Below are positions 35,724 through 48,469 of a DNA stretch of 64,000 nt, one piece after another. This stretch comes from Rhizodiscina lignyota (taxonomy: Eukaryota), in contig ML978130.1 in NCBI GenBank assembly GCA_010015805.1, positions 124,001-188,000 of the forward strand, given 5' to 3'. The translations under genes were made by a program, and so were the position numbers. The notes under the pieces are model-generated. The model was not told the origin of the DNA. It ran no database searches and worked only from the letters and a program-made list of their open reading frames with translations. Position 1 is the first letter of the stretch. Each line of letters opens with the position of its first letter.

Positions 35724-37334
35724 ATGGCACCGCCACAGAATCAGATTATTGCAGGAACCAGTAGGGGAGATACTACCATCGACGTCCAGAAGCTCCTGGA
35801 CCGGCCATGGTACCGCTACAAGCATCTGCGAAACCTGTACGCCTGGCTCAGCGTCGTCCTCCTTGTCCAAGCCACCAATGGACTTGACGGTAGCATCATG
35901 AACGGGATGCAGACACTCACGTACTGGCAATCATACTTCCATCATCCGACCGGTGCGCAGTTGGGAATCTTCAACGGAACTCAGGGACTTGGAGCAGTGG
36001 CTGCTCAGTTCTTCTTGTGGTGGCTGGTTGACAAGATTGGTCGAAAATTCACAATCATAGCCGGCGCTGTCATTATCATTGTCGGCGTCTTCCTCCAATC
36101 GTTTGCTCGCGGCATCGCCATGTTCGCGGTAGCTCGCACGATTATCGGTATGGGTCTCAGCTTCGAGTATACCGCAGCGCCAATGCTTGTTTCGGAGCTC
36201 AGCCATCCGACTCATCGAGCGCAATTGTCCACTTTGCTTAACACCCTCTATTATTTTGGCGCTACGTTGGCGGCATGGATAACGCTCGGAACGCTGACAA
36301 TAAAAAGCGATTGGAGCTGGCGTGCTGTATCCCTCATCCAGATGTTCCCATCATTGGTTTCCATTTCACTGACGTGGTGGGTGCCGGAATCTCCACGCTG
36401 GCTCATCTCCAAAGGCCGGAACGAAGAGGCGTATAAAATCCTTGTGGACCACCACTGTGGTGGAGATGAGAATGATAGACTTGCGTCTTTCGAGTTCCAT
36501 GAGATCCAGCAGACTCTTGCTTTTGAGAAGGAGAACGGCGATGGCGGCTGGTTGAACCTCTTCCGCACGCGTGGTAACCGCTACAGAACCTACATTGTCT
36601 TTTCCTGCTCGGTTGCTAGTCAAGCATCAGGTCAAACAATCATCGGCTACTATCTCGTCCTTATCCTCACCGGTGTTGGAATAACCAATCCACAAACGCA
36701 ATCGATTATCAACGGGTGCCTCACAATGTGGAACATGGGCTGGGCCTTCTGGGGGGCCTCGGTCATTGACAAGTACGGAAGGCGTCCGATGATGTTGACG
36801 TCGCTAAGCGGAATGCTGATCGTTGGAATCGTTCCTTGGACAATTTGTAGCGCCCTGTACACCGAACATGGTGCCAAAGGGGCTGGTATTGCCATCATTC
36901 CCTTCATCTTCATCTTCAATGCCTTCTACGCGTCGACCTGGAACGGTATCTTGACAGGGTACACGGTGGAGTGCATGAGCTTTGACATCCGTTCGAAGCT
37001 CATTTGCACTCAGAACTTCTTGGTGCAAGCAACGATAACAGGCTTCAACTACCTCAACCCAGTGGCATTGAAGAATATCGGATGGAAGTATTACGTTGTG
37101 ATCGACATCATCATTGTCCTCGAGATTCTGATGGTATATTTCACATACCCGGAGACATCCAAGATCACACTTGAGGAAGTCAGCATCATCTTCGATGGAA
37201 AGAAGGCCGTCAAAAACCAACTTCTTGAGAAACAGGAGATTGACGTGGGCGAAGAACACGCGCAAGGAAAGACGGAGAAGAACGAGAAGGACCTGGATCT
37301 CGGAATCTCTCATCGAGAAGTCATTGAGAAGTAA
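35724..37334 (+). CDS. MFS sugar porter, lactose permease / cellodextrin transporter-like
   Basis: ATNGLDGSIMNGMQ, DKIGRK, APMLVSELSHPTHRA, SDWSWR, PESPRWL, DKYGRRP, YPETSKITLEEV; 12 hydrophobic segments; ATG taken at 35724. Confidence 0.93.
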   Translation: MAPPQNQIIAGTSRGDTTIDVQKLLDRPWYRYKHLRNLYAWLSVVLLVQATNGLDGSIMNGMQTLTYWQSYFHHPTGAQLGIFNGTQGLGAVAAQFFLWWLVDKIGRKFTIIAGAVIIIVGVFLQSFARGIAMFAVARTIIGMGLSFEYTAAPMLVSELSHPTHRAQLSTLLNTLYYFGATLAAWITLGTLTIKSDWSWRAVSLIQMFPSLVSISLTWWVPESPRWLISKGRNEEAYKILVDHHCGGDENDRLASFEFHEIQQTLAFEKENGDGGWLNLFRTRGNRYRTYIVFSCSVASQASGQTIIGYYLVLILTGVGITNPQTQSIINGCLTMWNMGWAFWGASVIDKYGRRPMMLTSLSGMLIVGIVPWTICSALYTEHGAKGAGIAIIPFIFIFNAFYASTWNGILTGYTVECMSFDIRSKLICTQNFLVQATITGFNYLNPVALKNIGWKYYVVIDIIIVLEILMVYFTYPETSKITLEEVSIIFDGKKAVKNQLLEKQEIDVGEEHAQGKTEKNEKDLDLGISHREVIEK

Positions 37335-37780
37335 GCGGGTATGAAGTAAATCTGCATTCGTGGCGCCAGCAATCCGCTAGTTACGCGGGTGAGGAGTATT
37401 ACGAGTGACACACTGTTCCAATGTGTAAAGTTATTCTTCAGCAGACGTATCTTTGAGGTTTCAGCCCAGGGGAGCTGATGTTGGTGGCGGAGAAGCGAGT
37501 GCCAAGGCTCGGGAGTTGCTGTGGAGATGAGACAGGCGCAGACGACAACAACACCCATCAGCGCGAATTCGCGTTGGGCACCAACAATTCCATCTCAATT
37601 CATACATCCACCTCTATCTACGCGTGTTTGAACTCATCCTTCCGCATTGAAAGCTTTCTGCTATCACTGACCGATGCGCCGCTAAACAATCATTCTTACA
37701 CCCATGTCTGCCCCGCAAACACTGCGCGTCGACGAAACGAAGCCGACTTGAAGTCACTACTGCAAACTACTGCAATAATC

Positions 37781-40700
37781 ATGGCACCAGCAGCACCAGC
37801 GCTTCCTATACGATTTCCCTGTTGGTGTAAAGCTGTATATTCTTGGGGTGGGGAGGTGAGTGCTGCATGATAAACTAGGCAGTTCTTATACTAATGGATA
37901 CTGCAATCCAGACCAAACGAGACCTCGGATTCATCGAAGGCGATCTGATAGAATGTCTAAATGCAGGAGATGGATCTTGGTGGATGGGACGTCTCAAGAG
38001 AGACAGGCGCATGGTCGGACTGTTTCCTTCGAACTTCGTCGAAGTCCTACCTAATTACCGACCGACGAGTCCGATGCCTCCAGCGCGATCGGGTGGAGGA
38101 AGCATTTCGCGCGCAGCAAGTCCAAATCCACAGCCTCCGAAAGAAAAGTCGAAGAGTGTCTTCAGAAAACCATTTCAGGCATACGCTGCTGCTGGAAGTC
38201 CAAATCCTGAAGCAGCCCGTCGGGAGAGCTTGCAGCGAGGTGGAAGTACGCTGAGCACACCCACGGGGAGCGTCTCTCGTCACAAACCATACTCCTCCAT
38301 GAAACGCTCATCAGATCAGAGAGCATCTAATGACAGTTTCCCAAAATCACCTTTAATTCCGTCGCGACAGGGCAGCAATCTTTCGTCGTTCCGCGCCGTG
38401 TCACCGGCCCCTCCACGGCCAATATCTCGCGCCGTATCACCGGCTCCGCCACGACCAAGCTCTCGCGCGCCATCCCCAAATCCATACGCGCAGAACACTA
38501 TACAGTCTCGCGCTCCTTCTCCCCTTCCTGCTGCCTACGCAGATCCCGATTTCCATATGCGCGCTCCGTCTCCTGCTGCCTTTCCTGACGTTGGATCGCC
38601 TCCTCCGCCTGCGCCTCCACCACATCGCGTCGCGTATCAACCAAGCCGAGCTCCATCTCCACAACCTTTCCATGATGACGGATATGCCGAGAGTTACGCG
38701 CCACGTACTCCAGACCCAGTTTCGCCAGGCCGTAGCAACTGTACTCCTTCACCGCTTACACATGCTATGAACGATGTCATGTCCAGTCTGCAAGACATGA
38801 CTGTAGCTGGCCAGAGGACGCCTCCAGGGGAGGAGGGGGAAGAAGAAGACGAAGAAGAAGAGCCTCAGGGAATATGGAGCCCAGAAGCATTTGACAAGAT
38901 ATATGCATCTTCAGCAAAGAAGGCAAGGCCAGCGACAAGTGTAGGGTTCGGGATGAAACATCAAGACTCTGGCTATGGCAGTGTAGACGATCTAGAAGGA
39001 GATACGGGGCCACCACAATTGAGCAACTACGTGCAGCGCATGGAAAGCAGATTGCGGCAAATGCAACAGCAGCAGGAAGAAGAGGAGGAAGAAATGGCTC
39101 CACCTCCACCACGAAAGAACTCTCCTTATGAACCCAGACACCGTGCAAACTCATCCGTCGGGAATCACGCACCCGAACCACGACCACAATCTCGTAATAA
39201 ACTCCGCTCTCGAAAATCGGCATACGAGCTTGGCCGAGCAGCTCTAAATCGCACATTCACAAATAAATCATCTTCGACGAACGCAACAAACTCAACAAAC
39301 GCGACGAACAGTACCCAGCGGAGCCTCATGTCAGGTGCCTCTGCTACAGCGTTCAGCGCGACATCTGCTGGAAGTCTTGCGCGTCGCAAATTCGGATTCG
39401 GTGATAATGATAGTGAAGCATCCGGCGGCGGTAAGAGCAAGTCGAGGCCTCTAAGTGCGATGAACTGGCGCGATACCAATGCTTCTACTCTTGGGCTTGG
39501 TGTATTAAACGGGCACGCAGAACAGAATTCGAGTGCATCAGGGATATCGTACCACTCATCCCATGATTCCTCAAGAGCAGGTGCAGCGAGCGTTGCTGGC
39601 TTCTCATCAGGTGCTGCATACAGTGCAGAGAGCGGTCCTGGAATTCTTGGTGGCCTGTCCGCGCCGACACCCAAAAAGAGGGGCTTCTTCAAGAAACTCG
39701 TCGACACCGCAAAGACAGGCGCAGCTAGCGCTCGCAGCACCATTTCTTCAGCGTCTGGTCCTGGCAGTTTGAGCAGGCCGCAAAGTCGAGCGCAGAGTGC
39801 AATGGGAAAGTCAAGCGTGCTGCCGAATGGTATAACAGCTATCGCTGGCGGTACTGCGGTGCGACCTGGGTCCTCTTCTACTGGGGGCGATGCAGCAAGA
39901 GATATGGGCCTCGGCGGCGGCATGGACTGGGTGCAAGTCAGGCGAGATGTCAATCGCAGCAACACGGTATCCCGAAATGAACGTGCCGAGCGTCTCGAGC
40001 GAGCTCAGATGATGGAACAGCCTGCTCTTGCGCCGGTGGACTTGCTTGAGGCAGATGCCGAAGGCGACGAAGGCCTCGATGGGTTGGCCATATCTGATCC
40101 GACCGATTTCATAACTAGCTGCAATCTGCAACTCGTGGATAAGAGTGCTAGATTCATCGCCAATTTACCGCCGACCATCAACGTTGCTGCTTTGGCTCAA
40201 GGATACGTTTGCCGTCCTTATCGTAGCGACGTTCAACGACTTCGTGCAATCTTCACTTGGGTGAGCGAACGGATCGCGTGGGAAGAGGACTTTGAGCTTC
40301 CAAGTGTTGTTGATACGAGAAGAATTATTCAAACGAAACGAGGATGCTCACAAGAGATTGCTGCGCTTGTTGCGGAAATGTGCGACGCCGTGGGCCTGTG
40401 TGCGGAAGTTGTTCGAGGGTATCTGAAGACGCCAGGCGAAGAGCTTGCAGAAAGTCTCGAGAATGGATTCAGTCGCCCGAACCACTGGTGGAATGCTGTG
40501 ATTGTGGACGGAGAGTGGCGCATCATGGATGCGGCACTTGCAAGCCCAACAAATGCAAAGCGAGGACTGTACTCATCCTGTCCTGGAACGCAAGCAGAAG
40601 GATGGTACTTCCTTACTCGGCCAATGGAGGCATGCTATACGCATATCCCATACCACGATGAGCAGCAACACATTGTTCCATCCATGGAAAAGGATGTGTT

Positions 40701-41698
40701 ATTGACGCTACCCGCAACTTGTCCGCCGTACTTCAAACATGGCCTCCGATTGATTGATTTTGACACAAGTGGTCTGTTCCTAGAGAATCTTGAGATGGTC
40801 CAAGTGCAAGTAGAGGCACCAGAAGACGTGGAGTGTGTAGCGGAGATTGAGGTTAGAGAGTTTGCAAGGGATGTCGACGGCGACTTCTTTGAAAGTGGAG
40901 AGATGGTCAAACGACCTGCATTGTGTCAAGCTGAGTGGTTTGGTGGGAGAAAGAGATGGATGGTGAAAGGTGTATTACCAGGTGATGAGGGGAGAGGAGT
41001 GCTGAAAATATATGGGGGGAAAAGAGGATTGATGGTAAGTCCAAGGCATACACCTCAGCATTAGCCTCGCAGAAACATTACTGACGTGTTCTCAGCATTC
41101 GATCAAGTCCAATCCCCATCCCCTTGTTCTTGCTCTCCCTCTCGCACATACTGGTAACAACCCACCTTACAATTTCTTCACTCGCCATCCAACTCCGCAC
41201 GCCCAACGACATGATCTCTATGTTGCTCAACCACAATGTGGGCGCCTGGCCATGAATAATACCTTTGTCTTCACGATACGTCAGCATCCATCTAGCCTTT
41301 CAGGTACACCCGCATTAGCATCCGGTGGCTTTGGCGTCCCTCGGCCAGCATCCGCCATGGGTAATTCGATTATCCGACCAACCAGCGCAATGAGCATGGC
41401 AAGCGTAAGCGTGTCAGGCAGCGCGTACTCGAACCCAAGCGCTGTGTCAAATTCCTCCGCCGGAAGTGGATTCGGTAGTCAGAAGCCAGCGAAGCTCGCA
41501 ATTCAAAGTCCGAGTGGAAAGATCCTGCGGGTTACGAGGAAGAATGATGCTAATGTGGGCTCTGGAAGAGAAGCCGAAGGAGACGGCTCCACTTGGGAGA
41601 CGATCATAAAAGTTGGAGAACGGGGGATATGGAGAGGTCTTGTACTCGCAGATCGGAGTGCTAGATGGTGCGTTTTTGGCGAATGGGAATGTTTCTGA
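37781..41698 (+). CDS. CYK3: Cytokinesis protein Cyk3 (SH3 plus transglutaminase-like domain)
   Basis: FPCWCKAVYSWGGE|TKRDLGFIEGDLIECLNAGDGSWW..GLFPSNFV SH3; Pro-rich linker; LRAIFTWVSE, VRGYLK, NHWWNAVIVDGEWRIMD; introns ~37856-37911 and ~41035-41095. Confidence 0.9.
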
Positions 41699-42457
41699 GT
41701 CCTGATAAAATCATTGGCTGGGGTGTTTGTTCTTACTGCATAATCTGGCGATGTTGGTGCCATGGCCGTCTATTCAGGAAGACGGCAAAAGTGGGAGCAT
41801 GATGGGTGCGACGGCGTCTATGGTATACACGAACTGATTACGTCTGTACAAATATTGGTACCGATAATTGACCTCTAGACTGGTCAGCTGAATGATATGA
41901 CATGTTGTTTGATCTGTTCTTCTTCCTTCATTTAGAAGTCATTGGAGGGCAGCGACACGCAATACTTCCGGCCAAACGTCCGCAAATGCTCCTCTTCATA
42001 AAGGCTCCATTTCCTGCACTGCCTCTGCCCAGCTGGAGGCTGAAGCGTCTCACTTGACCGCTTGTCGTTGAAAGTACGTAGTTAGGTATGATGTTGGGGT
42101 TGGAGCTTTTCGGAAATGGGCTCGCGGGCTCGCCGAGCGAGCGGTATCGGGAAATTCTGGGAGGAGCACAGCCCCTTTTCCTGTGCCATCATTTGCATTT
42201 CTCAGCCACTCCCACATCTCACAGGCTGCTGGCATGCTCGGCCAAACAGCATGAGCGACATGGCCTCACAGGGCGACCGCATCTCCCCTTGAGTAGCACT
42301 TCGAGAGCTTTCGATCGATTCGGGGGTTTGCGCAAATCATTTTGAACGAGCTTCCGACTACGAGACGCATAAAAAGGAGCTTCTCTAGGTCCTGGAGTTT
42401 GTAATGTTCTCCATGAGACATGCACTCACGCGCAATTGAATCGAGTAATAGGTCACG

Positions 42458-43867
42458 ATGGCGAGTTCCGGCAGTGCGGGCATGAAGAAACTTCCTCCCA
42501 AGTTCGGACACAAGAAGTCTCGCACTGGATGCCAGCGATGCAAAGCGCGGAGGGTAAAGGTTAGCTTTGAATCCCATTCGCAATCGCACTTACTTCGGCA
42601 CGCCCCAGAGCGCAGATCGAGTGTCTTGCATAGATAGCCGTTTATGCTTGGCAGGCGTGATAAGGGCCGTCACTGACGAGTCTTTACATAGTGCGACGAA
42701 GCAAAGCCTGTTTGTGGTGGCTGCAGAAAGCAAGAACTGCCATGCGTATACGAAAATTCGCCGCGGGTCACGACAGAACCTGAGCAGATTCCGCCATTCT
42801 TCTCGGCGTCTTCATCGACGCCAGTACCCACACTCAGCCAATCCCCATCTAGAATTCCGACAATTCCACCGCTTCAGTTCGGCGACGCTGGGCAACTGTT
42901 CAACGAGCCTGCAATTACAGATCTCCCGGAGAGCAAAGAGCGGCGCCTCCTCGAGCTCCGGCTATGGAAAAACTATGTCGAAGTCGTCAGCCAGCCATTC
43001 GTACTCCCGCAGAGTACAGGAGTGAGATCTGGTTGGGAGAAAGATCTCCCGAATCTGGCACTTGATCACGAGAACCTCCTCTATGCCATGTTCTCGGTCT
43101 CAGCAACCAGTTTGCTTCGATCTGATCCGCGAAATGCGGCGCTTCTCTCCGCTCGCCAAAACTACCTCGTCCTTGCCTTTCGCGCCCAAAGAATGGCAGT
43201 TGAGTCGCTTACGTCGCAGTCCGTGGACGCCACATGTTTTACTTCGTTACTGATTCTCATCAATTCGTTTGCTATGCTGCATGACCGGTCACACGAGCCT
43301 TTCTACTTGCCTCCAATGGCATGGCTAGAGATGGGCAAAGGTGCTGGTACTATCATTCAGCACCTTCTTCGAGGCGATAGCGGAATCGATGCATCAGGAG
43401 TGAAGAGAGTCCTCCTATCTTCCCCATATATCTGGGACAATCCCACCATCCCTTCCGAAAGCAACAGGAGCGCCTTCAATGGAATCCTCAGCCAGTCGAT
43501 ACCAACAGATGAAATGTGGGACGACGATACCAGCGAAGTTTACGAAAAGACACTCAGCTATATTGGTTCTATGCAAAAAGCCCTGCAGGACGGCGAGCCG
43601 GCATTCGCAGTCTGTCGAAGGGTCCAGTGCTTTCCGATGTGGATTCCGCCTCGATTCATTGACTTTGTGCAGGAGCAACGGCCGCGTGCCTTGGTTGTTC
43701 TTGCCCATTTCTTTGCTGTTGTGACGCAAGTGAAGGGGGCATGGTGGCTCGGGCGCGCTGGTGAACGCGAGGTTCGAGCGATTCAAGGGGTATTGCCACA
43801 GGAATGGCGTGGACAGATGATTTGGCCGCTGGCTATGGCGGAATCTGCTTCTTACGAGGATGATTGA
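42458..43867 (+). CDS. Zn(II)2Cys6 transcription factor, Upc2-like
   Basis: HKKSRTGCQRCKARRVK|CDEAKPVCGGCRKQELPCVY across intron ~42560-42691; C-terminal LALDHENLLYAMFSVSA, PRALVVLAHF, WWLG..WP. Confidence 0.9.
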
Positions 43868-44711
43868 CTTCCAGAGCCCAGCGAAATGTACATTAACGAA
43901 TTGTGTTATAGTCTAGACCAAACACTGTTTATACCCCATGCTCAGCCCGCAGGCAAAATAACTCTTGGACTCAGAGTGGAACGTTTAGTTTGATTTTAAT
44001 GTGATTGAAAGCTGAGGCAGCTGAACCGTTCGGAATCATGGATGTGAAGATTGTCGCGAGGTTTAACATGAGATTGAAAGAAATCCGAAATGCCGGCTCT
44101 AACCTCGTTTGCAATATTCGGGACGTCAATACCCGTGGAATATTTTAGACCCAGTTTCCTGTGCCGAATGGTGGATTCAAGACGAACCCGACCACGAAGC
44201 ATAACGAGAACGAGAACGAGGCTGTGAGGATGCACATCCTTGCCCCTTGAACGTCGCCTCGCAATCAAAGGTCGAGCTAACAGACGAGCTTAATCGGCTA
44301 AGCTTTCGACCCTGCGTCCTCCTCCACCAACACCACAACGCCATGTCTTTGTTCAATGTTGACAGCTCTGCTAATGCACCGCCACCAGGTAAAAGCCGCA
44401 TTCGTTTGTGATGCTACTCTCGTGAAGTCGACTATTGCCTTTACCCTCGGAAGATAACCCAGGCACGCTTTTCCTGCATGCCTGCATGAACGCACGCAGC
44501 AGGCTGTCGAGCAAGGGTATTGACGCCACGAAACGGATGAAGATTCGTAGGATTCGCTCCGCTGCAAGGCGTTAATTGTTGATACACGCAGCTGCCCCGC
44601 ATCGTGCTTTACTTGTTCCGCCTTGCTACAAATATCGTGCTGCTACTCTCGAGCTCTTATCGGGAAGCTCTCTCCCAGTCCTTCCTCTCCTTTCTTCTCC
44701 CATTTAGGTCA

Positions 44712-46511
44712 ATGGCATTCGTTATTCAGAAGGCAGTTCAAGGCGTGGCCGCCGGTATTGGCCTGGCGTCCGAGAGCTACCATCACCACAAAGATAAGAA
44801 AGCTGCTGAAAAGGCCATCCGTGATGCGCCTCCAGAGTCTCAAGTCTCGCCGCTGAACCGTGGTGAACATCACGAGGCTGCTTGGGAGCTCGACGAAGCG
44901 CAAGATGAAGTCGATGGCCAGTCCCAAACTGAACCTGAACAGTTGAAAGAAGGCAAAGGCTTCGAGAATCCGATAAAGGTAGCGGATGCTTTTGTCGCGA
45001 AACACCCATCTCCGCCTCCCGTCTACAAGGACGAGTCGGGCCAGCAACATGTGCTCAATCTGCCCCTTCCAGTCGTTATACCACAGAGAAGGCCTGGAGG
45101 TCGAATGAGAGGATTCATCCGCGCCTATGCCCCTCTTCTCGAGGGCAGTAGCATTGATGAAGCGACGTTCCTCGAATTCCTTCATGACCTCAACGTCATC
45201 TGTCTTCCAAATCCTTACATCAACGCCATCAATATGGCCTCCTTCGCTACAATGGCATTGCCGACTGTGACTGGATTGATCGTATCAATAGCTATCCAGA
45301 AAGCCACACAAGCGATGAATGAAGTTCATAGCAGATCCAAGTAATACCCGCACTATAACTTATCTTCTCATCTTACTGACGTCCTTACCTTGCAGGATGA
45401 ATACATATATCGACAAGATAAATGAGGAATTTTTCCGGCCCCGCAATCTCTACTGCATCGTCATGACCTGGAACCCTGACGACCCCTCATTCGAGACCGG
45501 TGTGAACCTTGACTCGGCGATCGCCAATGATGCAGCAGCTGCGGCCGCTGGTGGACCGACTGGAAAATACGACAAGTTTAAGCACAGTATGCGGGTCTCG
45601 AGCTGCGACACGTTCGGTGAATTCGAGTTCCCAGAAACGGCTCCCCTAGTATTCCCGGCGTTGGATCAGATTGCTGTCCGTGAAGGCGAAGGCGGAAAGA
45701 AGAAGGATGGCCGGCTTAAGCGTGGAAAAGCTTTCCTCGATGACTATATGGATAAGAGGGCATGGGCAAATTGGCAGGGTCAGAACCCAGACAGCCAGTT
45801 AGCGCAGACGGTCAAGCCAGAATTCCACAGCCGCTACTCAGATCCGAATAACCCAGCCTCGAGCGGAAACCTCATTTCTCTGGTGAGCGGAGGACACGTC
45901 AATCCACCGAATTTAGCGCAGCTTCGTGGCGGTATGATGGGCGGTGGTATGATGGGCGGTGGATTTGGTGGTAGAGGCTACGGCTACGGTGGCAGGATGA
46001 TGAACCCTCTCGAGCAGCGTATGATGATGAGCCAAAACTTCTGGGCCGGCCGAGGCGGCATGATGGGCGGCGGAATGATGGGTGGAGGCATGAATCCAAT
46101 AGAGCAGCGTATGGCTATGAGCGGTGGAGGCCTTGGAGGTTTAATGGGCGTCCGAGGCCGTGGATATGGCGGGCAGTACTACGAGCAGAACGCCATGTAC
46201 TACGACGCGCGGTACAATCAGCACGCCGTCTACGCGAACCAGCGTCTAGGCGCGAACGTAGGACCTGGTATGGGCATGGGCGCTGGGATGCAAGGTGGAC
46301 CTATGGGTATTGGTCCTCTCGGATTGGGAAGCATCATCGGCGGTGCGAAGAATTTGTTTGCAAAGGTGAGTAATTTTGCGATTCTGATGGTGTGAGTCGC
46401 GCTGACGGATTCTAACAGAATATCCTCTACCTCATGGTCGTGCAGTATCCGACTGAAGAGGAGCTGGCCCAGGCGGCTTCGATTACTGCGCAGATGAAAC
46501 GTGGCTCATGA
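44712..46511 (+). CDS. Conserved fungal protein of unknown function with Gly/Met-rich low-complexity insert
   Basis: Family motifs GIGLASE, AAWELDEAQ, LPLPVVIPQRRPG..RGFIRAYAP, NEEFFRPRNLYC, PETAPLVFP, RYSDPNNPASSGNLISLVSGG, final exon ILYLMVVQYPTEEE; introns ~45341-45395 and ~46366-46418. Confidence 0.8.
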
Positions 46512-47872
46512 GGACAACGGATAATATGAGAGGAGAATATGGTGCTTTCGAGGGGAATGGGATACCAAGTTTCAAAGACTCTTCACTCGAGCATCAAGAG
46601 ATGAATGAAAGCAATAGAGGTAATGTGCTCGGAGCATTTGCTTATGTAAGTGCTACCTGTGCCCACTCTCCAGACCGCACTCTTTCTTACCCGCCACCTC
46701 CCTTTGCGTTGCAAACTCATCAACTGTTTCCTCGCATCAGTTTGATCTCTTCTTTCTTCGCATTGCTCCAACCCCCTGTTATGGGCCAGCAATAGCATAC
46801 GCGGCTCAATGGTGTATCTGCTTGCCACAAAGAATGTGAACCTTCAGGGGTGAAGCTCTCGTTGGACACGCAGATCAGAAGCAAACAAGTCGCGCCTAGC
46901 AAATAGCATGATTATCTTTTATGGAGCTAATTACTATGTGCGACTTGAATTTAGATCAACTGTCAGGTGCTGGTGCTTACATCTGTACGACTGTCGTGTC
47001 AATTTTTGGGGCTTCAACTCCCGTACCACACTATTGGGCTTTGAGCAAACATTTCAATTTCGACACCGCCATCGGTGCAGTCTCGATATCTTCCGAATCG
47101 CTGAGGCGCCATCTACGACTAGCCACGAGGGTGTTACATTCGAACTCTCATGCAGAGAAGCAATCGCAAACCATTAGGCTCGAAATGACTCAACAGCGCC
47201 CAAAAGCAGTGGATCGCTCTCTTCTTCTCCGTGTCCGCGTTTTGAAAGAGGACCAATGCGGGAGCAATGGATACTCCTAAAATGTGGCCAAGAGGGTTAA
47301 GAAACAGCTGTGACCAACCGAACTGGAGCTGGAATATGCGTTGCCGGACCACGGAAGCTTCCTCGGGGCCTTGGCGAGGAACGCGGCAGTCTTTCCATAG
47401 GATAGCCTTTCCTACTACTTTGCTCGGCCGGAACCGATGCCCGCGAGCAGTGTCCAGTTCCTTCAAGGATGTTCTCTCTCGGTGTCTGCGTAATGCGCGT
47501 AGTTGGGCTGCATTCTTCTCGGACGTCTTCTGCATGTCTCGCTATCGTCTTTTCATGCAGTGCTGCATATCTATGATATGCGCATGGCCTCAGGAATCCG
47601 CCACCTTCTGCTACGCGTTGATTCCCGCGAAGGGCTTGATTGTATTGTCTGCCTGCGTCAAGACCCAAGACCAGAGGCGCAGCCTGACCGCATCCGATCT
47701 GTTCATCCCACTCAAAAGCATTCATTCAAGGACCGTATCCGCCTTCGTTAATTTGACTGTGACTAGTATCTCCGCGGTCAGCTTTCTTATTGTCTGGCAC
47801 AAATTGGCTACAATCCCCAGACTCTCGAGTTTACTTCGACATTATCCAGACAGCGTTTGCAAATTTAGAGCG

Positions 47873-48073
47873 ATGCATTTAGTAAATCTGACAAACCTCG
47901 ACGTATTTCTCGAAAACGTGGGTTTCGTGCCTGAGATGGACGGTCGCGGCACTATCGGGCTCGTCCATGGATGCTTCTCAACAATTATCATCTGCACTTG
48001 GAGCGCACTCCATCTAAACCTTTCCGCGGATGGCGAGGCACGGCCAGCACGAGAAGGCTTCAAGACGAAATAG
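47873..48073 (+). pseudogene. Truncated 5' fragment of a fungal multi-pass membrane protein gene
   Basis: VGFVPEMDGRGTIGLVHGCFSTIIICTWSALHLNL matches the N-terminal motif of a common fungal membrane protein family but stops after 66 codons. Confidence 0.5.
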
Positions 48074-48469
48074 TAAGATGAGCCTGTATTTGTTATTGAA
48101 AAGATGTAGAACTACTGGCTAGCTCGCCGCGCGAGAGAGAAGACTTCGTAGATTCACGCCTTAAGCCACGGGCAACAACAAAGGGGACAGCCCAGGCTGG
48201 AATTCGTCAGGAGGCACATCGTCTAAACAGAAAAATCCGTAACGAGTCCAGTTTACTTAGGCGATATGGCCTATCTATCATTATTCCACGGTAGTGAATC
48301 TTCCGAGTGTGCAGGGAGATCAGAAAGTCGACTTCACTTTCAGCATTTGGAGCTGGCGATGCGCGGCTCGCTCTTGGAGACCGTGTCCGTAGGCATTGAT
48401 GAGACGCCTAGCGCCAATTTATTTCGCATTTGCCAGGGTAGACAAGTCATAAGACTAGGACAAGATTGG

